64,000 nucleotides of DNA from a virus: the IMG/VR virus record IMGVR_UViG_3300045988_173726, positions 128,001 to 192,000 of that record; one strand, written 5' to 3'. Numbering within the stretch: the stretch's first letter is position 1; each line of letters starts with the position of its first letter. The position numbers and the translations under genes are program-made. The notes below the pieces were generated by a model. The model had not been told where the DNA came from. It was given only the letters and a program-made list of their open reading frames with translations, and searched no databases. Below are positions 27,527 to 34,865 of the stretch, piece after piece.

Positions 27527-29050
27527 ATGAACAGCAAGCGACTTAGGATGAACGAGCAGGGGCGCATGTTTATCCCGATGAATGTCGAGGGCGGGGGATA
27601 TGACGAGAATTTCTTTAGCACGCCGAAGTTAATCACAGCGGGATTGCTTGTATTAGTGCTTGTGATATTGATTGCGACACTAGTGAGTCCAGATAACAGA
27701 CTTAGCGTGCTGGGTAAGGTGCTAACGGTATTGCTTTATCTGTTTATCGCATCATTCGTGGTTAGGTATGTGATATTCGAGGAGCGCTACTATTTCAAGA
27801 TGTATAAGAAGATGTTAGCGAATCAGAATCCGACTACTGCGGTGTTTTGGCGTATAGCGGCGATAAGAGATACGGTTAGAGGCGGTATTCTTCGGTATTC
27901 TGACGGAAAGTACGGTGCTATCTTAAAACTTGAGAGAGATTCGATAATCGGAAAGAACTCGGAGTTTAGGGAGAGTCATTTTGACGCATTATCTGATTTC
28001 TATAAAGAGTTAGCATTAAGGAAGCTAGCATTCGTGCAGTTAAACATGATGGAACGGGCTGACAACGATTCACGAATACCCGCGTTAGACACGCTGATAT
28101 TAAACGAGCCGAACGCGAATCTAAAGAAGGTCTTGCAGTTAGAGTTAGGCTACATCAAGAACAGGTCACGGGAGACTTTGTATGAGACAGACTATATCCT
28201 AGTTTATACGACAAAGCTTGAGCGGGTGGACAATTTAATCAGTGACATACAGGCTTGTGCTTCGATTTTACTGGACGGAGCGTATAGCGGGTTCGAGATA
28301 TTAGGTCAGCGAGAGATAATCGACCTTCACAAAGAGATATTCGGAATCGGCTACTTTAACCTAAGCGAAGCGTCTATAAATACCTTTAACGAGGTAGGTG
28401 CTAAGAAGAAAGCGATAACGCTAAAGGCGTTAAAGCTAACGAATGGCAGGACGGTAGAGCTTACGAAGCGGGATACAGACATTATCAACCGTTTATTAAA
28501 GCGGGTAGAGGACGGAGAGGTAGATATATCGGATATATCGGTCTTAAAGGCTCTGGGAGACAACAGGTTTGTATCAACGACAGCGGAGCGCGGAAGTTGG
28601 GGCTTGCACGGTCTTGATATAGACTTAGGAGAAGAGGAAGAGGAGCAAGAGAGCGGTACAGGCGAGGAAGAGCGCGAGGTTTTAGAAAAGCCAGCAGAGA
28701 GTGAGGAAAAAGTGCGAGAAGAAAAGGAGAGGAAGGTAAGTATTGATGAAGAGGTAAAGATAGCGGTCGCGGAGAAGATTCGAGCGAACGCGGCATGGAC
28801 TATGGACAGTGGGAAGAGAGAGGACAGGAGTTTATCAGAGAGGGCGAAAGCGGACAAAGAAACTGGTAAGCCAGTATCCAAGGATAAGCCAGAGGTTAAA
28901 GACACGACTAAGCCTGTGTCTAACGAAAAGGGAGAGGTAAGAGACTCTGGAAAGCCAGTACAGAGCGATAAAACAGAGGAAAATAAGGAGTATGTCGCGA
29001 GTCCCGTATTTAACGAGGATGTAGACTGGGACAAGGAGATAGATTTCTAA
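27527..29050 (+). CDS. Membrane protein with 2 N-terminal TM helices, large cytoplasmic domain and K/E-rich repeat tail; function unknown (VirB3-like topology)
   Basis: 507 aa from ATG 27527 (SD GGGGAGG 6 nt upstream; the track GTG 27521 abuts the SD). TMs LITAGLLVLVLVILIATLV and VLTVLLYLFIASFVVRYVIF. Tail has imperfect repeats GKPVSKDKPEVKD / TKPVSNEKGEVRD / GKPVQSDKTEE. Confidence 0.65.
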   Translation: MNSKRLRMNEQGRMFIPMNVEGGGYDENFFSTPKLITAGLLVLVLVILIATLVSPDNRLSVLGKVLTVLLYLFIASFVVRYVIFEERYYFKMYKKMLANQNPTTAVFWRIAAIRDTVRGGILRYSDGKYGAILKLERDSIIGKNSEFRESHFDALSDFYKELALRKLAFVQLNMMERADNDSRIPALDTLILNEPNANLKKVLQLELGYIKNRSRETLYETDYILVYTTKLERVDNLISDIQACASILLDGAYSGFEILGQREIIDLHKEIFGIGYFNLSEASINTFNEVGAKKKAITLKALKLTNGRTVELTKRDTDIINRLLKRVEDGEVDISDISVLKALGDNRFVSTTAERGSWGLHGLDIDLGEEEEEQESGTGEEEREVLEKPAESEEKVREEKERKVSIDEEVKIAVAEKIRANAAWTMDSGKREDRSLSERAKADKETGKPVSKDKPEVKDTTKPVSNEKGEVRDSGKPVQSDKTEENKEYVASPVFNEDVDWDKEIDF

Positions 29051-29060
29051 GGAGGAAAGC

Positions 29061-31085
29061 ATGAATATTTTAATTTGCGCGGGGTATAAGTACGAGAGTT
29101 TAACAAGCTCTCTTACGGCGATGTTTCGTGATGGTTCGGTAAAGGTAAGCGGAGTTCCGCTGTTGTCTGATGTGGACGAGTATATTGCGAGGGGAAGCAC
29201 TTTTGATAGAGCGATTATCACAGAGGAAGCCATCACAGAGGACGGGAACCTTACAGAAATTGACGATATGCTTGTGGTAGTCGAGAAGTTTGCGGAGGAG
29301 ATGTCGGGGATATTTGACGACAAAGAGGCAGTATTTATCCTAAACAGCGAAGAGTTAGCGGATGCAGTGCTTACGCAGTTGTTTATGAGTTCGGAGCGCG
29401 TGCGGGTGGTGCTTAGAAGTCGGATAGACAGTCTAAATATGTCGTATCTTAGGGACTTAACTCTGGTTCGGCTACAGGACTTCAAGACGAATCAGAATCT
29501 AAAGAAGTCTGTCTTTACGCAGGGGGCGGTAAGCAGTAAGGTAGACGAGGATTTAGAGGGAGATAACGAAGAGGAGCTTTCGTTTGAGGATGAAGAGAAG
29601 GGTAATGAAGAGAGCAAGGCAGATTTCAGCGATTTAGATGGTCTGTTTGGGGAAGATGCAGACGATATATCGTTTGATGACGATGAGAAGTTCGACTTTG
29701 GCATTGGTACGGACGAGCCAGAGGAGAAAGAGGGGGAAGTTCCAAGTTTATCGGAAGATGACGAGAAGTCCGAGGAAAATGGAGAGAGTATCGAGGAAAA
29801 GGACGCTCCGAACCCGCTCGGAAACGCGGACGGAATTCAAGATTTTTCGGGTTTGTTTGACACTGATACCGCCTCGGAATTTGACGCGGAAAGTAGCCAA
29901 AATGAGCCGAACCAAGACGAGTTATATACTTCAGAGAAAAATGAAAATTCGGACGGTCAGTTTAGCGCGGGCGCAGAATTATTTGATACTTCGGAAAATT
30001 TTGGTATAGACCAGACACCAAAAACGGCTATACCAGACCCTCAAAATTCGGGGCTTTCCCCGACCCCCCATTCGGGAGAAGTCAGTGTAAACTCTTCGGT
30101 TACAGCTTCTCAAAAGAAGGGTCTTTTGGGAGGGATTTTCGGTGGTAAGGGGAAGGGGTCGGTAGCCGCTCCGAAGGTCGATAAGCCTCGTCCGACTCCG
30201 AAGCCAAAGAGGGGAGAGAGGAACAGTGCGGCGACTATAGAGGAGCTAAAGCGTTTAATCGAGTCGTATAAGTATCGCGGTAAGGTTGTGCTGTTTACGG
30301 GGACAAAGGATAGCGGCACATCAACACTTGTCGCGAATATGGCGAATATCGTGAGTAAGCTCGGCGGGACAGCGCTGGTGGTGGATTTAGCGTATAACGG
30401 ACGGACGCAGGCGTATATGACTGGGGAGGCGTATCGGAATCTGCACAGTGCGGGCGCGGATACGAATGACTTAAGGCTCTGCTTAAATAATAAAAAGGCA
30501 GACATCTTAAACTACGCGGCTACGGTAAGGCAGGGATATAACTTGCTCGGCACGGGTTTAGGTGTAGATTTCGAGAAGCCAAAAGACATCGTTCGGAATA
30601 TCGACAATGTAAAGAGTTTTCTGTATTCTGCGAAAAGCACATACAATCTGGTCTTTATAGACGCACAGTTTAGCGACATTGTAGGCGAGTTTAAGGAGTT
30701 TGAGGACGGGTCGGATATAATTGTCCTAAATACCACTTCTACGACAAAGGCGATGCTAGAGTTTATGCTTTTGATGTGCAACATCGAGGACAGTCAGTTA
30801 AGAGAGAACTTCTTTAGCAACTCAAAGCTCGTGTTTAACAAGGCGACCGACAACAGGTTTTTACTCGGACGGCAGTTTAAGAGCTACTACGAGATATTGA
30901 CAGAGCTTGACGGAATTGTGCAGAATCTAACGACCTATACGGCAGGGTTTAGCGAGATGAATATAGTCGGAGCGATTCCGTATGACGCAAGTAACGACAA
31001 GATGATGTTTACGGACAGGTTAATCTCTGACGGTAAAGAGTACACAGGTCTTTTTGCAGAGATATTATTAAAAATATTAAAGTGA
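29061..31085 (+). CDS. TadZ/CpaE-like protein: atypical receiver-like domain, ~220-aa acidic linker, MinD/ParA-like domain with degenerate P-loop
   Basis: 674 aa. SD AAGGAGG. N-terminal MNILICAGYKYE lacks the CheY acidic pair. C-terminal VVLFTGTKDSGTSTLVANMANIVSKLGGTALVVDL resembles GAKGGVGTTTLAVNLA, but GKT is replaced by GTS. Walker-B-like LVFIDAQ. Confidence 0.6.
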   Translation: MNILICAGYKYESLTSSLTAMFRDGSVKVSGVPLLSDVDEYIARGSTFDRAIITEEAITEDGNLTEIDDMLVVVEKFAEEMSGIFDDKEAVFILNSEELADAVLTQLFMSSERVRVVLRSRIDSLNMSYLRDLTLVRLQDFKTNQNLKKSVFTQGAVSSKVDEDLEGDNEEELSFEDEEKGNEESKADFSDLDGLFGEDADDISFDDDEKFDFGIGTDEPEEKEGEVPSLSEDDEKSEENGESIEEKDAPNPLGNADGIQDFSGLFDTDTASEFDAESSQNEPNQDELYTSEKNENSDGQFSAGAELFDTSENFGIDQTPKTAIPDPQNSGLSPTPHSGEVSVNSSVTASQKKGLLGGIFGGKGKGSVAAPKVDKPRPTPKPKRGERNSAATIEELKRLIESYKYRGKVVLFTGTKDSGTSTLVANMANIVSKLGGTALVVDLAYNGRTQAYMTGEAYRNLHSAGADTNDLRLCLNNKKADILNYAATVRQGYNLLGTGLGVDFEKPKDIVRNIDNVKSFLYSAKSTYNLVFIDAQFSDIVGEFKEFEDGSDIIVLNTTSTTKAMLEFMLLMCNIEDSQLRENFFSNSKLVFNKATDNRFLLGRQFKSYYEILTELDGIVQNLTTYTAGFSEMNIVGAIPYDASNDKMMFTDRLISDGKEYTGLFAEILLKILK

Positions 31086-31093
31086 GGTTTGCG

Positions 31094-32485
31094 ATGGCGG
31101 CGCAGTATACGGTAAATTTCAGTGTAGAGGGTGCAGACGAGCTGGATATAGCTTCGGAGCGTCTTACAGGGGAGACAGGAAGCACGGTTTATGTGCTTCT
31201 AAACGAGGAGTCGAATAATAGGCTCTATGACTACTATGCGTCCGTAAAGACGCTAATCCTAAAGGGGAACAGGGTAATCCTGTTCCTTTCGGAGGATAGG
31301 AGTAAGATAGGGACGCAGATAGCGATGCTACTGGTGTCGTATCGGCAGTACGACATTTACAGAATCGAGAAGGAGAGTTTATTAACCTCGGAATATCTTC
31401 GGGAGGTATCGGAGAGATGCCCGACATACGAAGAGGTAGAGACATTTATCAGCAGTGATATAGCGACATATGACAAGCTAAACGAGGTGTTATCAAAGCT
31501 ATCGGATTTAGCACAGGGTAATAAGCTTGAGGAACTAACAAGTGAGATAATGAGCAACATAACGGTGCTTGAGAGTACGATAAATGTTGTAGATTATCTA
31601 AAGAACCTCGCAGATTCTTCGACTATTGGCTTCAAGGAGACGGTAGAGAGGCTTGGAGCGGAGTTAAAGGACAGGGAGAGAGAGCTTGAGAGCGCGAAGC
31701 AGGAGAGGGACGCGAAGGAGTTTAGCTTAAGTCGTTTGCAGACTAAGGTAGCGGAGCAGGAAGATGAGATAGCGAAGTATAAAGAGAACTTCGAGAAGGC
31801 GTATACGAGCGAGGGTAGCGGAGTTCTAAAGTATAGCACGCTAAGTATGCGAGATATACAGACGACTACGAACGCTGTGCTGTATTTCAAGGAGATAGGG
31901 AAGCTTAGATATATCAATTCCTTTGTAATTGCGCTGATGAGCGTGTTGCAGAAGATACATAAGCTTTCTGTGAAGCTGTTAATCTATGACGACAACGCGA
32001 ATTTCGATGTTTACAAGCCGTTGACATTTGTAGACGGTCGGATATATCGGGAGAGCAAGGATATATTTATCACAGCGGGAAAGAATGACGCTATGGTAGT
32101 TACAGAGCCAGTGTCGTTTATCCTAAGCGACATGCTACGGAGTCGTAATTTCGATGTAGTTATCGTTTACGACCGTTTACGGCAGAAAGAGGACTTGATA
32201 ACTGGCATACAGGTCTTTAAGTATTATGTGGTTTCCAGTAGCAACGACTATAAGGGCTTAAAGGCAACGATACCAGACGCTCCAGACGAGTATATTATCG
32301 GTCATCCGTATATTTCCGACAGGATTATCGGGTTAGGCGACATAGAGCGTAGGCTAATCAGCCAAGGAAAGGCGGCGGTCATGAGTAACTACTGCCGTTT
32401 AACAAATGCCTGCGGGGATAAGGGAATTATTTTCAACGAGATATTAGACAGAATCAATGTAAACTTCATGAAACAGCGGGGTTAA
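31094..32485 (+). CDS. Second receiver-like / coiled-coil / ParA-fold-like protein with no P-loop (possible paralog of 29061-31085)
   Basis: 463 aa from ATG 31094 (the track GTG 31082 overlaps the upstream stop). N-terminal flavodoxin-like pattern VYVLLNEE..VILFLSED..YDIYRI. Central coiled coil (KDRERELESAKQERDAKEFSLSRLQTKVAEQEDEIAKYKE). C-terminal AVLYFKEIGKLRYINSFVIALMSVL..LLIYDD..VVIVYD. Confidence 0.5.
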   Translation: MAAQYTVNFSVEGADELDIASERLTGETGSTVYVLLNEESNNRLYDYYASVKTLILKGNRVILFLSEDRSKIGTQIAMLLVSYRQYDIYRIEKESLLTSEYLREVSERCPTYEEVETFISSDIATYDKLNEVLSKLSDLAQGNKLEELTSEIMSNITVLESTINVVDYLKNLADSSTIGFKETVERLGAELKDRERELESAKQERDAKEFSLSRLQTKVAEQEDEIAKYKENFEKAYTSEGSGVLKYSTLSMRDIQTTTNAVLYFKEIGKLRYINSFVIALMSVLQKIHKLSVKLLIYDDNANFDVYKPLTFVDGRIYRESKDIFITAGKNDAMVVTEPVSFILSDMLRSRNFDVVIVYDRLRQKEDLITGIQVFKYYVVSSSNDYKGLKATIPDAPDEYIIGHPYISDRIIGLGDIERRLISQGKAAVMSNYCRLTNACGDKGIIFNEILDRINVNFMKQRG

Positions 32486-32544
32486 GGAGTTTACAGCAAG
32501 TAAGACAAGGGATAGCGAGGATAAGGGATAGCGAGGTGGCGTAA

Positions 32545-34695
32545 ATGCTATTTGGGAAGAAGAAGCCGCGTAAGGGCTTAGAGAGTGGCGTAGATAAGAA
32601 AGTAGCGGCTACGCCGCCCGCAAAGGTAGCGAGCAAGAAGAGTTTATCTGGGGCAAAGAAGAGCCGTAAGGGAACGAAGCTCGACATGTACGATATGATA
32701 ATCGCGAATTTGTATTCGGGAAATTCAATCGTAGAGCCAGATACGGACTTAGATAAGACGCATATAGACATAGGGTTTAGTAATATTACTTCGGAGAAGT
32801 ATATTATAAAGTATTTCATGATAAACTCACTTCCCGACTGGTTATCGCCGAATGTTCTGGATAAGATACGGATGGCGTGCTTAAAGAAGGGCGTTCGGAT
32901 TAACTATTATATCTACGGAGAGCCGCACAAGATAAACTGGGATTCGCCAGAGATGAAGAACAGGATGCGGACATGGCGTAGGTATGCGCAGGAGGGAAAG
33001 GGCGGAGATGTCTTTGACTATCGTAACAGGCGCGATGAGGAGTTAGCCAAGCACAGAATCGTAGAATCGACCTCATACTTAAATGTTTCGGAGTTGGATA
33101 ACAAGCGAGAGCTACTAAAGGTAAGTTTAATGGTCGAGGTAGCGGGTCTTAGGGACGATGAGTCTATAGCAAACATGGGGGACTCGGTGCGGTTGTTAAA
33201 AGATATGTGCGCTCGGAACGAGATAGGAATTTTAGAGATTCGAGTAAACATGATAGACTGGCTACAGCAGTTAGGTATATTCAGTTTGCAAAGAATAAAA
33301 GAGGTTTATAAGCGCATCACGAAGAAGATATTGACGGACGATATTCTAGCCAACTTTAACAGCTATAAGCAGGGTAGAATCGGAAAGTCTGGTATACCGC
33401 TCGGAATCGACACAAGTTCTATGGCACCTGTCTTAAAGGAGTTCAAGGAGAACTCGTCTGATGCAGAGAATATTTTGATTTGCGGTACAAGTGGTAGCGG
33501 AAAGTCGATGTTTCTAAAAGTGTTGCTGACTTGGATGATGACAAAGTATGTCGTAACGGTTCTGGACTACGAGGGAGACGAGTATAGCAACCTAGAGTCG
33601 TTGGTTTATGCGGGGAATCCGAAGGATGCGATTCAAATTTCGATGGGAAGCGGAAGTACGGCGTATTTCGACCCGATGCAGATAGGCGATTTAACGGGGG
33701 ATGACAGGATAGACAACGACCTAAAGGACGATGCGGTTGAGTATATCATGGCGACATTCCGAACTATCATTGCGGGAACGGACGGAGAGCTAGGTACGCT
33801 AAAGACTTCGATAGTGAGTGAGGCGGTAAAGCGTGTTTATGAGGACGCGGGCGTAACGAACGATAAAGACACTTGGAAGCGGTCAAAGGGACTTCGTATT
33901 TCGATGGTGTATGAAGAGATAAAGGACATGGTTTTGTCGGAGGAATATCGAGATACGAACAGTGATGACGCAAAGCATAACGAGGCGAAGGATATACTGG
34001 AGTCTTGCAGGCAGTATTTTGAAGAGGGCGAGATAAGAGCAGGAACTTTTGCGAATCCGATAGACATAGATAGTCTTAGAAACTGTCGTTTAATCGTATT
34101 TAGCTTTGGACAGAAGGGTGCGGATGCGGAGAAGCAGGATAAGACGCAACTTGCTTTGAAGCAACTTTGCGTAGCGAATATCTCAACACAGATTTCAAAC
34201 TACTGCAAGTATGTTAGGAAGTGCTTTAATGTGAAGGTTTGGGAGGAGTATCAGCGTTGGGGCGAGATAGCGGGAAGTTCTTCTCTAATCGGAAATTGTA
34301 TGACTGGCGGTAGAAAGCGTGGAGAGATAAACTTTATCATCACGAACGACCTAAGTAACATGATAGACGAGAGTAATAAGATAAACGCGAAGTTATTGCA
34401 GAATCTAACAGGGTATATTATCGGTTCTATCAAGTCTAGGAGTGTTAGAGAGAAGTTTTGCGACATGTATAACATTCCAGAGATGAAAGCGCCGCTTGAG
34501 AAGATATATAAAGCCTCGTCAAAGAAGAGGACTAAGGGAGATAACACATACAGTTTATATCGTCACTCATTTTGCGTGATAATGGATAGCGGAGAGAAGG
34601 CGATAGTAAAGGCGATGTTGCCAGATGAGCTGTTAAACAGTAAGTTATTTAGGACAGGCGTAGATATAGAGGGAAATACAGGGTTTAAGCGATAA
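32545..34695 (+). CDS. virB4: VirB4/TcpF-type type IV secretion ATPase
   Basis: 716 aa. SD GAGGTGG. N-terminal domain pattern YIIKYFMINSLPDWLSPNVLDKI, as in VirB4 homologs (y.r.f.i..lP....pgwl..L). Walker A ICGTSGSGKSMF. Walker-B-like region KVWEEYQRW. Late RGEINFIITNDLS. Confidence 0.75.
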   Translation: MLFGKKKPRKGLESGVDKKVAATPPAKVASKKSLSGAKKSRKGTKLDMYDMIIANLYSGNSIVEPDTDLDKTHIDIGFSNITSEKYIIKYFMINSLPDWLSPNVLDKIRMACLKKGVRINYYIYGEPHKINWDSPEMKNRMRTWRRYAQEGKGGDVFDYRNRRDEELAKHRIVESTSYLNVSELDNKRELLKVSLMVEVAGLRDDESIANMGDSVRLLKDMCARNEIGILEIRVNMIDWLQQLGIFSLQRIKEVYKRITKKILTDDILANFNSYKQGRIGKSGIPLGIDTSSMAPVLKEFKENSSDAENILICGTSGSGKSMFLKVLLTWMMTKYVVTVLDYEGDEYSNLESLVYAGNPKDAIQISMGSGSTAYFDPMQIGDLTGDDRIDNDLKDDAVEYIMATFRTIIAGTDGELGTLKTSIVSEAVKRVYEDAGVTNDKDTWKRSKGLRISMVYEEIKDMVLSEEYRDTNSDDAKHNEAKDILESCRQYFEEGEIRAGTFANPIDIDSLRNCRLIVFSFGQKGADAEKQDKTQLALKQLCVANISTQISNYCKYVRKCFNVKVWEEYQRWGEIAGSSSLIGNCMTGGRKRGEINFIITNDLSNMIDESNKINAKLLQNLTGYIIGSIKSRSVREKFCDMYNIPEMKAPLEKIYKASSKKRTKGDNTYSLYRHSFCVIMDSGEKAIVKAMLPDELLNSKLFRTGVDIEGNTGFKR

Positions 34696-34707
34696 GAGGA
34701 GGGTAGT

Positions 34708-34851
34708 ATGTATATACTGTTGTATTTGATAGCGTTGCCCGTCATTTACATAGCGACCTTCCGAAACGATTTTGATAAAGAGGTCATGAGTCGGGCATAT
34801 CCGTTTATTTTTCTTTGTAGCGTGATAATGCTCGTGATGTTGTTTGTGTAA
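34708..34851 (+). CDS. 47-aa two-TM microprotein (below the ORF-track cutoff)
   Basis: SD AGAGGAGGG 4-5 nt before ATG 34708. Translation MYILLYLIALPVIYIATFRNDFDKEVMSRAYPFIFLCSVIMLVMLFV, stop 34849-34851. Exactly fills the gap between the two T4SS ATPase genes. Confidence 0.55.
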   Translation: MYILLYLIALPVIYIATFRNDFDKEVMSRAYPFIFLCSVIMLVMLFV

Positions 34852-34865
34852 GGGGGTGAGGGAGC

